A stretch of DNA of 64,000 nucleotides from Piromyces finnis finn (lineage: Eukaryota > Fungi > Neocallimastigomycota): positions 248,001 through 312,000 of the forward strand of contig MCFH01000007.1 in NCBI GenBank assembly GCA_002104945.1. The letters are read 5' to 3'. Position 1 is the first letter of the stretch. Every line of letters starts with the position of its first letter. This document shows, one piece after another, positions 1 through 15,100 of this stretch. A model generated the notes under the pieces. That model worked only from the letters and a program-made list of their open reading frames with translations. It did not search any database and was not told where the DNA came from. The translations under genes and the position numbers were made by a program.

Positions 1-517
1 ATAGTATGTGATATAAATTATAATTTTTTAAAAATTATATCTTCTAATATTATCCAATGTGAACTTTTTAATAATAACATCATTTTTAATAAATTAATAA
101 AAAGGAAAATGAAAAGGTAATTATGAAAAATTCTATACATTCCAAACTATAATATTAAATTAAATGTTCAACCTTTAATTATCTTCTAATAATTATCTCA
201 AACATAATGTCAATTATGAAATTGGAAGGCAATATGGCATATTCTAATTTTTGTATAGAAAAAAATATAAACTAAATGTATTAGAAATATGTATGTAATG
301 ACGAATAATATAAACAAAATAATTAAATGTACACTAATAAATGTATATGTAAATAAAATTTATTTTATTAAGTAAATATAAATAATAATGTGATTTCTTT
401 ATTTACAAAATTAAAAATTTTTTTTTTTTCGAAATCTAAATTATTAATTTAGATAAGATTTAAGAATAGAAAAACGAATATTGTTTTTAATACAATTATA
501 TATATTAAAACAATAAT

Positions 518-2968
518 ATGACTGATTATATACCAGTAGAAAAAAGTGAAAATAATTTAATTGTAGATGTTAATAATGAACCAGATTATCAACCTGATAG
601 TTTTAAAAAAACATACAATAAAAAAGGAAATAGAGAAGGTTATATTACAATTGCTATTTCATTTATATTATGGACATTATTCTATAAACTCAGTTTAGTT
701 GGTGGTGATTTAGGGTGGATAAAGGATCATTTATTCTTGATTGGTTCATTACTTTTTACATCTTTTCTATCATATAGTGTGATGCTTTGGAGAGTAGCAT
801 TTTTGAGAATTTCAAAAAGATTAAAGCTACTTAGTTATTGTTTAATAATTTTTTCCCTTGTAGGATTTTTAATATATGATCATGGTGAACTTTTTGATTA
901 CCATGGTATGTATAATTTTATGGTATTTTGTTTATTTGTTTTCATTGGAGATGGAATTGCTATCATTATATATTTTTGGTACAAATTATTTGGTAGAAAA
1001 AAGTTCATTATTTCGTTTACTTCATTTATTTTAATTATTGTAGTTATCTTAATTATTTCACTAAGACATTATATGAATATTTGGGGTAATGGTTATCTAA
1101 ATAAAAAAATTGAAGAAGGAGGGCAAAATTGTAAAGTTAGAAGACCAATTCCATGGTTTGATTTACTTCCAAGAGGTACACAGAACTTTTGGACTGGATC
1201 TCAAAGCTGTGCTAGAGAAGAAAAATTTGATGCTTTTTTTGATTCCACTGAAGAAAACAAATTAGTAGTATCTGGTTGTCCAAAAAGTGAAAAAATAACT
1301 TTTATGATATTACCTGAAACTCGTAATTTAACTTTCTATCAAAAGCAAGATGATATTTTTCGAGAATCAGTAATGAGCTTAGCGGAAGAAAAGATATATG
1401 ATTATACCGAGCCCATTAATCTTCCAGATATAGAAGCAGTATATATTACCTGTGGTGAACAAAGCAAATTAGTTACTCGTTTAGCTGGAAGAAGAGTTGA
1501 ACCACAGGTAGACAAAGTGCCAAAAGAAAAATTAAATGTTCTATTGATGTATTTTGATGCTGTTTCACGTAGACAGTTTTTCCGTAACCTTCCTAAAACA
1601 GTTAAAAAACTTGAAAGTCTAAATAATTCAGGTATCATGCATTTAAACCAGTTCTTCCGTTATGGTGTTATTGGTTTTAATACTAATAGAAATTCGTTAG
1701 GATTATTTGCCGGTGTACAATTAGAGAGAGGTAAAAAAGGTGTCCCAATTTGGGAAGATTATAGAAATCATGGATATGTAGCTGGTGCAGCTGATGATCA
1801 TTGTGAAGATTGGGGTATGTATATTATTATTATTTATCATTGTTTTATATTGAAATTATTACTAATTAAATATTTATTTATTTTTTTTTTCATATTTAAC
1901 ATTATTGCTCATTATTTTATTAATATCTTTAAAATATTATGCTTTCGAACCATTTATTTCAATCATATATATACGTTCAATTCATGATATAATTATATTA
2001 TATAATATGTCATATAATTTTATGATAATTTTTTTTTTTTAAAAAAAAATACTTGGATTTCTTAAATTTATGAAAATTTAATAAAAATAATACATTATTA
2101 TGAAATTAAAATGTAAATAGATACAAATTATAACAATCGAACAGAAATATCATTGGATCATGAATTAATCGCTCCATTCTGTTTACCTGAATATCATGAA
2201 CGTACTGGTAATCCACACGGTAATTTCAAAGGTGCATATTCTATTCGTAGACGTTGTATCACTGGTCAATATGTTCACAATTATGTATTAAACTATACTC
2301 GTCAATTTATTGATACTTATGACAGTACAAACCCGTGGTTCTTCCGTTCAAGTTTTATTGAAGGTCATGAAGGTACTGCTGAAGTTTTAAGTTTAATGGA
2401 TGATGATCTTGTTAATTTCTTTGATGGTTTTACTGAGGAAGTTTTAAATCATACTGCAATTTTTATTATGAGTGACCACGGATTACATATGGGTCTTTCC
2501 TATTTATTTTCTGATCAAGGTCGTACAGAACATAAATTACCACATCTTACCACTCTTATTCCGGAACAGTTTTTAAATAAATATCCTGAGTTAAGAACCA
2601 ATTTAGATAATAATGAGCAAAAATTAATATCTGCTTTTGATATTTATGCTACTTTACGAGATGTATTAGATTTTGATATTTTACATGAACCAATGGAAAA
2701 AACAGGAGAAGGAATTGATATTTTAAAAGCAAAAATTAATCATAAAAGATCTTATAATAATCTTAATTATCTTAACGACTATTTTGAAGAAATGGATAGA
2801 CTTAATAAAAAATATCAAATACATATTGAAAAAAGAGATAAAATAATTTATGGACCCGCAGTTGAAAATGCTACAATTGTTTGGGGTAATTCACTTCTTC
2901 GTCATGTTAGCGAAAACAGAACTTGTGAACAAATTATGATTTCTTCAGAAGATTGTGTATGCCATTAA
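518..2968 (+). CDS. DUF229-like / alkaline phosphatase-sulfatase superfamily membrane protein, 2 exons (518-1814, 2121-2968), 714 aa
   Basis: ORFs 518-1987 and 2153-2968 join in frame through a phase-1 GTATGT...TAG intron at 1815-2120. Several N-terminal hydrophobic helices, then the motifs FDAVSRRQFFRNLPKT, IMSDHG, EHKLP and a C-terminal C-x8-CxC typical of DUF229. Confidence 0.8.
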
Positions 2969-3579
2969 TTTGTCATATCATAGTAAATAACAATAATAAT
3001 AAAAAATAATAATAATAACAACAATAATAATAATGATAATAATAACAACAACTAGTAATACTAATTAATGATTAAGAAATTATATTTTCATATAATAATT
3101 AGTTAGGTCATTATTAAATCAAAAAATATAATGTTTTATAGTTTAAATTTATTCATTAAATTGTCAAAAATTATGAATATTATAAAATCATTTATTCTTT
3201 ATGAATATCAATTGATAGTGTTTTTTTTTTTTTTTTTTTTTTAATTGTAAAAAACATCTTTAAACCAATTTTATTAATATAAACAAAACAATTTAATAAA
3301 TGTAATAGAGAAAAAATTAAATTTTCTTTTTTTCTTTTTTCTTTTTTTTTTTTTTTTTAAAAAGAAAAGAAGAAATAAAAGAAAATTTAATAGAATATAG
3401 TTAATATAAATATTATACATTTAGTAAAAAAAAAAAAAAGAAATATTATACTTTAATATAATATTTGATTTTCAATAGGACTAAAAATAAAAGCAAAATT
3501 GTTAACATTAGTTATGTTGCTCATATCTGTCTTGATTGCTTCGTAAGTATTGATGCTTTTATTAATAAAATGAATGAAA

Positions 3580-5438
<1,859 letters not shown>

Positions 5439-5529
5439 TGAATGAAATAGTTAAACATGATTTCTTCTATTCAATTATAAATAAATAAATAAATAAATAA
5501 AAAACACAAATTGTTATAAAAAATGTCTA

Positions 5530-5690
5530 ATATTTTATCTTTTTTATTTTATTTTATTATTTTATTTTATTTTATTTTATTTTATTTTATTATTTTATTT
5601 TATTTTATTATTTTATTTTATTTATATTTTATTTTATATTATTTTATTTTATTTTATTTATTTTATTTTTATTTCTATATTTTTCTTTAT
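5530..5690. repeat. Degenerate (TTTTA)n pentanucleotide array
   Basis: Direct reading. Confidence 0.8.
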
Positions 5691-5739
5691 TTTTACTTTT
5701 AAAACTTTCTCTATATATTTAATTTTTTTCATAACATTC

Positions 5740-5781
<42 letters not shown>

Positions 5782-5866
5782 ATAGTAATAAATAAATTTC
5801 ATTATAATTAATAAATTAAATTCTATATTTTCCAAAATTTTTTGTTTTATATTATTAGTATTCTTT

Positions 5867-8134
5867 TTAGTAATACTTGTAAGCTCTCTTTCTTTGTTGA
5901 GTTTCTTCTTCATCAGCACTGTCTTCGACACCAACAGTTTCATCATCGGAAAATTCAATATCAATAATATCTTCATCATCGCTACTAATTTCTTCTTCAT
6001 CAGAAACAGTAACCTTAAGTGGTAAATCTCCAGCGTTAGCACCAGCGAAAATGGTGAATTCACCTGATGGCTTAACAAATTCCATTTCATCAACATCAAA
6101 GTAAGAAAGTTCATGGTTATCAATTAAGACAGTAGTTTCCTTAGTTTCTCCTGGTTGTAAAGTAAACTTATCGAAACCCTTGAATAAACGAACTGGGTAA
6201 TCCTTAACACTTTCTGGGAATGAAACAAAGAACATTGGTACAGCAGCACCAGCAACATCACCAGTGTTAGTAACAGATACAGTGGCATAAATACCATCTT
6301 CCTTCATTTCAGCAGATAAATTAGAGAATTCAAATGAAGTGTAAGATAAACCAAAACCGAATGGGAAGGTTGGCTTAATACCTTGCTTATCGAACCAACG
6401 GTAACCAACGAAAAGACCTTCATCATAGTCATATTGAACTTTTTCTTCACCACCCTTAGTAAGCTTTGGATCGTACTTAACATCGGTTGGGTAATCTTCA
6501 CGTGGAGCCCAAGTGTATGGTAAGTGACCAGATGGGTTGACATCTCCGAATAAGACATCAACAAGAGCGTTACCAGTTTCTTGGCCTGGCATACCAGCAA
6601 AGACAACACCCTTAACCTTGTCTAAGAATGGAACATTGACTGGTCCTGGAGCGTGAATAACAACAATGGTGTTTTCATTAACTGAGGCAACAGCATCAAT
6701 TAATTCGTTACCATGGTGCCATACATCTAAATCAACACGGTCACCTCTACTACCTTCAACGGTGATGTATTCTTCACCAGAAGAAGCTTGAACAAAAACA
6801 ATAGCTAAATCAGCATCCTTGGCGGCTTCAGCACCTCCTTCAGCATCATCTTGACCATAACCAACAATTTCAATGTTTTCTTGTTCAGCTCTCTTTGAAA
6901 TAGCAGAGAGTGGATCAATAACGTATCTGAAATCAGTAGTACCAGAACCCCAACCAAGAGCAACAGTACCGTCAACACATTGGTTATCAGTACAGAAATT
7001 AGTTGGTAAAGCATCCTTACCAATTACAGCAATCTTCTTAGCACCCTTAATTGGAAGGATAGCATCAGCGTTCTTTAATAAAACGTGACTATCAGCTGCA
7101 ACCTTTCTGTTAAGGGCCTTGTTTTCTTCAGTAAGAGTATCAACAGTCAAATTAACTTCTGGATAGCTTTCCATTTGACCTGCCTTAAATAAGGAACGAA
7201 TGATACGTAAAGAAGCATCATCTAATCTTTCTTGAGTAAGAATACCAGCATCAATATTTTCTTGAATGTGTGGACCCCAGAAACTGTCACCAATGTAATC
7301 TGGACCCCAGTACTTACCACCTGGCATGTTCATATCTAAACCAGAGGCAAAACTGTTGTCACCATCAAAAACAGACCACCAATCGGACATAATAAATCCT
7401 TGGAAACCAATTTTTTCCTTTAAGTAATCATTTAAAATTCTCTTATTTTGAACTGAGTAAGTACCATTAATAGCATTGTAGGAAGACATAATAGAATCAG
7501 CGGAAGCATCATTAACAACGCGAATGAATGGGTTGATGTAAACTTCCCAAAGAGCTTGTTCTGGAATGTTAGAAGAAGAAGAACCACGGTTCATTTCTTG
7601 GTCATTACCAACGAAGTGCTTTGGGGTAGCAATAACACCTTGTGATTGAATACCCTTAACAACTTCAACACCACATTGACCAACATAGTATGGATCTTCA
7701 CCAAAACCTTCCCAAATTCTTCCAGCAGCTGGAGCACGTTGAATATTTAAAGCTGGACTTAAAGCAGCATTAATACCTCTTTGGTAGAATTCGTTACCTT
7801 GGGCTTCACCAACCTTACGAAGTAAGGTTCTATCAAAGGTGGCAGCTGTGTTAATAGCAGCTTGCCATGAGGTGGCAGAACCATTACCAAATCTAACACC
7901 AGCTGGTCCATCTTGAAGGCAAATACCCTTGAATCCCTTTCTTTCAATTGGATCAATGGAACCAACACAAACACCTTGCATGTTTTCTCTACCAGTGGTA
8001 AGAGCAATCTTTTCTTCATTAGTTAAATCAGCAACCCATTCTCTGGCTTTAGCGTCGGCTTCTTCCCAAGTCATAGCAAGGGTCTTAGAAGCGCAAAGAA
8101 GAGCAACAGTGGATAAAACAGTATTGAATCTCAT
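5867..8134 (-). CDS. Secreted GH3 beta-glucosidase (copy 1), 755 aa, intronless, Fn3-like C-domain and acidic tail, no dockerin
   Basis: Signal peptide MRFNTVLSTVALLCASKTLA; motifs CLQDGPAGVR, GRIWEGFGEDP, KHF, nucleophile motif MSDW, acid/base region SGEEYITVEG, PFGFGLSYT. Confidence 0.95.
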   Translation of the reverse strand: MRFNTVLSTVALLCASKTLAMTWEEADAKAREWVADLTNEEKIALTTGRENMQGVCVGSIDPIERKGFKGICLQDGPAGVRFGNGSATSWQAAINTAATFDRTLLRKVGEAQGNEFYQRGINAALSPALNIQRAPAAGRIWEGFGEDPYYVGQCGVEVVKGIQSQGVIATPKHFVGNDQEMNRGSSSSNIPEQALWEVYINPFIRVVNDASADSIMSSYNAINGTYSVQNKRILNDYLKEKIGFQGFIMSDWWSVFDGDNSFASGLDMNMPGGKYWGPDYIGDSFWGPHIQENIDAGILTQERLDDASLRIIRSLFKAGQMESYPEVNLTVDTLTEENKALNRKVAADSHVLLKNADAILPIKGAKKIAVIGKDALPTNFCTDNQCVDGTVALGWGSGTTDFRYVIDPLSAISKRAEQENIEIVGYGQDDAEGGAEAAKDADLAIVFVQASSGEEYITVEGSRGDRVDLDVWHHGNELIDAVASVNENTIVVIHAPGPVNVPFLDKVKGVVFAGMPGQETGNALVDVLFGDVNPSGHLPYTWAPREDYPTDVKYDPKLTKGGEEKVQYDYDEGLFVGYRWFDKQGIKPTFPFGFGLSYTSFEFSNLSAEMKEDGIYATVSVTNTGDVAGAAVPMFFVSFPESVKDYPVRLFKGFDKFTLQPGETKETTVLIDNHELSYFDVDEMEFVKPSGEFTIFAGANAGDLPLKVTVSDEEEISSDDEDIIDIEFSDDETVGVEDSADEEETQQRKRAYKYY

Positions 8135-9993
8135 TTTTATTTTTTTATTTTTTTTGTAATTATATTATATGGATATATTAAATGTTAAATTATTTTTTAT
8201 TTATTTAGTAATAATTTCTATTTTACAACTAATAAATAGATCAATTAATTTGTTTTTATTAAACTTTTCTATTTATTTATTTATTATTATTTTTATTTTT
8301 TTTTTTTTTTAACTAATATGTATTCTTTAAGAAGAACAAATATTGTTTACTTTTTTATTATTATTTTTATTTTTTTAATTATTAAAAAATTTGATAAAAA
8401 AAAGATATTTTGTTCTTTATATACTTGGCTAAAATTCTGGAAATTTTAATATATGTAATTTAAAAAAAGTGGAAACAAAAGTAGCTGTTGTTGTTGCACA
8501 GAAAAAGTTTAAGTAACATGTTATTAATATCTTTTGAATATATATATATATATTTTATTAATTTTATAAATTTTCATTAACCTAATATTATAATTAAAAC
8601 TAAGTGTATATTGTTAATATTTATGAATAATATATTATCACCAAATGTTGTATATCCTTCATTAGTGATCTACGGATTCAGGTAGTTTAGATTGATAATA
8701 TTTCAACTTTATTAGTTATAATTTAATAAAAATATAAGATATTTTATAAAATTCTATTGGCTAACAATAACATATATTAATATGTTTTGAATCTTTTCAT
8801 GTAAATATTATTAAATAAGATTTGGAAAATTTTGGAATTATGTATCAAGAAATTCAACTTTTTTTTTTTTAAAAAACTATGGTTCTAGAAAAAAAACGGA
8901 TACAAAAATTAATATATATTTGAATAATTAAATTAAGTTTTATTTTTATAGCAATTCAAATTATTCTTTTTTCTTTTTTCCATTAATTTAATCAAAGTAA
9001 AGAAAAATAAATGAAGTGTTTCAAAAGTAAATGAATATAATAGATAATCATAAATAACACTTTACAAATATTTTTCTTTTTTAAAATTATTTTACTTTAT
9101 AATTTTACTATATATAAAATAAATAATATTATATAAATATGTCTATTTATTTATTTATTTATTCATATCATTATATAGTTATTTTTTTGAAATATTTGAG
9201 TTTTTTTTTTGTTAATTTTATACATATATAATTGTATAAAACAAAAAAAGTACGTACATTATTATTATTTATATTGATAATAATTTATATAGTTTGTATA
9301 TATAAACAAGTTTAATTAAATACTTTTAAAATTAAATAAAATATTTAAATTTAAATTATATATTAAAGACTTGTTAAAACTTAATAATTTATATTACAGA
9401 TGTGAGAATAAGTAGTACTTAATTGTACTACACGATTATCAATATCTCATTCAAATAATCCGCTTCTATTATGAAAAAAATGGATAATGATAATTAGGAC
9501 TATTATAAGAATTTAAAAATGTCAATTTATGCTTTTTTTTTTAAAAAAAATATTAAATAAGTATAATCATTTGGTAAGAAACAAATATTTGAAAGTATAT
9601 GTTATTTAATTTTATTATTTTTTTTAAGAAATATTAATAAAATAAAAATTAAATATTGAAGAAGATATATATACTATATATATAAGACAAATAATTTCAA
9701 TACCCAAAAAATTATATATAATTTATGTTAGGTTTTTTTTTTAAATATGATTTTAATATATATCATATCATAGAAGAAGAAAAAATATTATATTATTTAT
9801 TAATTATCAATTTTAAAACTTTTTTTTTTTTTTTGGTTTTTATAACTTCTTGTATACTATTTATATTATAGTTTTTATATTACTTTTATGACAAATAGCA
9901 TGTTTTTATATATTTTATTTTTGTAAATTTATATTTTTATATTTTTAAAATTATATATAAATTAATATAAATGATTGAGTATTTGTATTTAAT

Positions 9994-10001
9994 TATATAT
10001 A

Positions 10002-10043
<42 letters not shown>
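9994..10043. repeat. (AAT)n microsatellite
   Basis: Direct reading. Confidence 0.9.
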
Positions 10044-10086
10044 TGTTAGAATACAAAGAATTAATTAAAACTAAGGATTAAATAAG

Positions 10087-10600
10087 TTTTTTTTTTTTTT
10101 AACTTCCGAGTGCATTTCTCCCATCGATCAGAGTTAGCTCCAATGGTGGTTCTTAGAGAAACGTTGGCTCATTCCTATTGCTAGGTGGTTGTGACCCTCC
10201 TGGTCTGTCATACTGTTTCTTCAGCTTCGACGCTCACTTAATCCATGTACATTAGATGCATGTCGTTGTACGATATTTCACAACTACAATGCTAAGCCTC
10301 TTATAGTCAATTTGATCACGTGTCAACCGCCCCCTAATGTTTACACTTAAATTGATTAAGGAATATTATGTGTTTTTGGCATAGCCTAAGTCACCACTTA
10401 TTAAGTTCTAATTTGGAATGTACCATGTACACTAGACCCTCTCAGGCCGGCTAGACGAGTGTTATTATCATAGTAGTAAATTAGAAAGTTCATTTATACT
10501 TACCTGAATATCATAACCCAACCCATGGCAAACCCAGTGGGAAAATCCACAGGCACTGACATCTGCGGGGTCGAACCAGAAGCCTTATGTATGCTAAGGA
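10087..10600 (-). mobile_element. 5'-truncated poly(A) retroelement, family B, with 16-17 bp TSD
   Basis: 10101-10600 is the reverse complement of 23590-24089 (3 substitutions seen by eye). T14 at 10087-10100. CTAAGGATTAAATAAG(T) is present at 10071-10086 and 10594-10610. Confidence 0.9.
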
Positions 10601-10823
10601 TTAAATAAGTGTCAACAAAATTAATAATAATTGAAAGATATTTTTAGATTATTTGAGTGACTTAGTTGTATACTTCAAATACGTTTAAACTCATTGTATT
10701 AAATTATTTATTATTAAAGGCAAAAGCCACTTTTAATATAAATAGAAATAAATTTTCAAATACTTTTGTGAATATATAATCATTAATTACTTATTATTAA
10801 TAAACTTTATTATATAACAAAAC

Positions 10824-11033
<210 letters not shown>

Positions 11034-11364
11034 CTATAAGATTTTGTTAAATTGTTAAATACATATAATATCACAATTTTAATTTTTTGGTACCAAATTA
11101 AAGAAATTCATTTATAAAAATATAATAATAATTTATTAAATAAAAATGTAATGAATAAAATTAATGGCAAATACTATTTATATTTATTATAAATAATAAG
11201 TAATGAAAAGTAATTGATATAAATAAATATTTTAATACATTCATTCTTATTCATTTGGTTAGTATTTAAATATTTTTTTGAACTGTTCTTTATTAAAAAT
11301 AATTAAGTAAAAAGTATTTAAAAATATTTCAAAATATTCTTTATTATAAACAAATAAGTAAAAA

Positions 11365-14300
11365 ATGAAATTTTTAAAAGGATGTAGTATACAAAACTTT
11401 TTTAAAGAAAAGGGATATGATTATACTTTTGTATCTTCGGATATTGATAGTATGATCATGGAATGTGTCTCAGAAAATAATATAGAAAAATTTAATTTAG
11501 TAATAGAATATGCATATAAAATCGGTATTCTTCTTGATTTGAGTTTTATAGAAAAAGACGGCACATTTCCACTATTAAAAGCTATTGATAATGATAATAT
11601 TAAAATGGTAAAGAATATTATAAGATCATCTGCAAGAGGATATTATAAATTAAATATTAATAAAAAAGATAAAAATCAAAAATGGTGTCCTGTTTCAAAA
11701 GCTATTGATAATAATAATAGTGATATCTTAAAATTACTATTAGATTATTCAATTGATAAGAATATTAAATTAGATATGCAAGAATGTTATTGGAATGGAA
11801 ATACTCCATTTATAATGGCATTTGAAAAAAATAATATTATAATAGTTAGATTACTTATGGAATATGCTAATAAGAGAAATTATGTTTTTGATATAAATAG
11901 AAAAGGAGAAAGCGGTGATTATCCACTTTTATTAGCTGTAATGAATAATAATTATAGTATGGTTGAATTAATAATGGAATATGCTAATAAAAAAAATATA
12001 GTTTTAAACGTTAATGAAGAAAATTTCATTGGCAATTTTCCTATTCTAAATGCAATCTCAAGAAATAATATTGATATTTTAAAATTACTGATCTATTATT
12101 CCAACAAAAATAATATAATTTTAGAAATTAACAAAAAAGAACATATATTTGGAAATTATCCAATCTTGGAAGCTATTAAAAATTTAAATGAAGATACTCT
12201 TTTAATGTTAACACAATATGCCATTACTAATAATATAATATTAAAAATGTTTGACAAAGATAGGAATGGTAATTATCCATTATTAAAAGCTGTTACTAGT
12301 AATAGTAGTAGTATTATAAAAATATTGGTAGATTATGCTAGCAAAAATAATATTAGATATCAATGAGAAAGATATAAATATACATGATATTCCAAAAATT
12401 AATCCTGAAGTGTATTGTCAATTAGATATGTATAAAAATGATAATAAAATATTAATTGAATTTAATAATGAAAGTGAAATGTTAAAGTATTTTAAAAAAG
12501 CAGAAAAAACCAATGAAAATATAATAAAAGATAAGGTAAATATACAAATTATAATTATATTGTTAATTATTTTTTAATTTTTTAATACTGAAATTAAATT
12601 AAATGTTAATTGTATTAATATAATAATTTTTATTTTATTTTTTAATATTAAAATTAAATGTAAATCATATTAAAAGATTAATAACTATTTCAAAGAAAAA
12701 GACCTTGATTATCAAGTATATTCAAACAATATCAATGAAATTATAATGGATTGTGTTTTAGAGAATGATATAATTAAAATGGAATCTCTAATTAAATGTG
12801 CTATAAAAAATAATATTGTTTTAGATTTTAATAAAAACGATATTAAAAGAGAAAACGATGATTTTCCATTATTAACTACTATTAAAAATAATAATATAGA
12901 AATGGTAAGATTGTTCATGAAATATGCTCACAACAATAATAATATTGTTTTGAATATCAATGATTTTTCATTACTAAGTGCTATTAAAAATGATAATATT
13001 GAAATGGTAAAATTACTCATGAAATATGCTCGCGACAATAATATTATTTTGAATATTAATGATAAAGATAGCTACGGAAACTTTCCACTTCTAATATCAA
13101 CTTTTTATAATAATGTTGAAATTGTAAGATTGTTAGTAGACTATGCTATTGAAAATAATATCATTTTAAATGTCAATGATAGCGATAATAATGGATGGTA
13201 TCCGCTTTTAGAAACTATTAATAGTAATGGTATTGATATATTTAAAATTCTAATAGAATATTCCGTTAAAAATAACATTATATTAGATATAAATAAGAAG
13301 GATACTCTATCTGGATGGTATCCATTTCTTTTAGCTGTTGATAAAGATTATATTGGTTTTGCAGAATCTTTGATAAATTACGCAAATAGAATGAATATTA
13401 TTGTTGATATTAATGAAGGAAGTTTCTATAAAAATTCACCATTAATGAAAGCAATTAATAACAATAATGTTGAAATGGTTAAATTAATAATTGATTATGG
13501 AATAAATAACAATATTGTTATAAAAGTAAATGAAAAAGAAGTACTTTATAAAGATTATCCATTATTAAATGCTATTTCATATAATAATACTGAAATTGTT
13601 AAACTATTAATAGATTACTCCAATAAGCAAAACATTATTTTAAATGTGAATGAAAAAGGACATAAAGGATATTATCCAATATTAGAGGCTGTAACGAAAG
13701 ATAATAATGAATTAGTTAAATTACTCATTGATTACGCTAATAAAAACAATATTAATTTAAATATTAATGAAAAAAGTAATAATAAAAACTATCCACTTTT
13801 AGGTGCTATAGCAAATAACAACATCGGAATCGTTGAACTTTTAATGACATATTCATATGATAAGGAATTTAATTTAGAATTGAATGAAAAAAATGATATT
13901 TTATGGTATCCACTTTCGTTATCCATTTTTGATAATGCTTATGAGATTGTTGAATTATTAATTCATTACGCATATGACACTAATCAAATTTTAAATCTTG
14001 ATGAAAAAGATTTAATAAATATTTTAAATATTAAGGATGAAATTTTTAATATATTAAGTAAATTCAAACGAAAGGGAACAATTAATATTACATTTGCTAG
14101 TGATAATGAAAGTTTATTATTAGAAATACTTAATGATATTGATGAGAGAGAAAGACAAAAGGAAGAAGCTGAAAATTTGAAGCAAAAAGAAAATGATATA
14201 TCTGAAGATCAATTAAATGAAAAAGATATAATTGAAGATGAATTGGATGAAGAGACGGAAATTGAAGAGAAAAAAAGAATTGAAAAACTTAAAAATGAAA

Positions 14301-14930
14301 AACTCGAGAAAGTAAAAAATGAAAGAACTAAAAGAGAAGAAAAGGAAAAAAGCGAAAATAAAAATGAAAAATTAAATATTAATGATGATGAATATGCTAT
14401 TGCTGTATACAATTTTAAAGGTGAAAATAGCAATGAATTAAATATTAATAAAGGTGATTATCTAACCATTCTTAATTGGAATTATAGTGATGGATGGGTT
14501 TATTGTAGTAAATATAATGAAACTTCCAGTAAAGGACTTGTACCTAAAATATTTATTAAAAAATGTGACAATCCACAAAAATGTAAGTATTTTCTCTATA
14601 AAATAAACTTTATATTTTGATAAACTTATATTATTACATTATTATTATTGTTATTCAAATCATTAATTATTCAATAAACATGAAATAAATATATTAGATC
14701 AAGAAGAAGGAGATTTAGCAATTGCTACACATGATTTCGAAGGGTATAGTGAAGATGAATTAAATATTGCAAAAAATGAATATTTAAGAGTTCTTAATTG
14801 GGATTATAAGGATGGTTGGTCTTATGGATATGTAAGTGGTAATACTAAGAAAAAAGGCATCTTTCCAAAACTTTTTATTAGTAAATGTGACAATAATACT
14901 GCTAATAATGGTGCCCAAAAACCTTTATAA
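11365..14930 (+). CDS. Ankyrin-repeat protein: two ankyrin modules, E/K coiled coil and two SH3 domains; about 1100 aa if a frameshift near 12350 is repaired (pseudogene or sequencing error)
   Basis: Repeats of the form YPLLxAIxNNNxEIVKLLIxYA. Introns at 12536-12676 (phase 0) and 14583-14697 (phase 1) give in-frame joins. SH3 motifs AVYNFKGE..ELNI..GW..GLVP and ATHDFEG..EL..GW..GIFP. Stop at 14928-14930. The frame shifts at YASKNNI/ILDINEKD. Confidence 0.8.
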
Positions 14931-14989
14931 ATTATTATATATATATTAAAATATTACTATATTATTTAAAATAGATTTACCATTTCAAT

Positions 14990-15100
14990 GATAATAAATA
15001 ATAAATAATAATAATAAATAAATAATAAATAAATAATAATAAATAATAAATAAATAATAATAAATAATAAATAAATAATAATAAATAATAAATAAATAAT
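14990..15100. repeat. Irregular (AATAAAT/AAT)n array
   Basis: Direct reading. Confidence 0.75.

Noticed and set aside
5776-8159. Overlapping and antisense ORFs within the GH3 genes (also around 17421-19801 and 26009-28389)
   Set aside because: Shadow frames caused by strong codon bias; no independent motifs.
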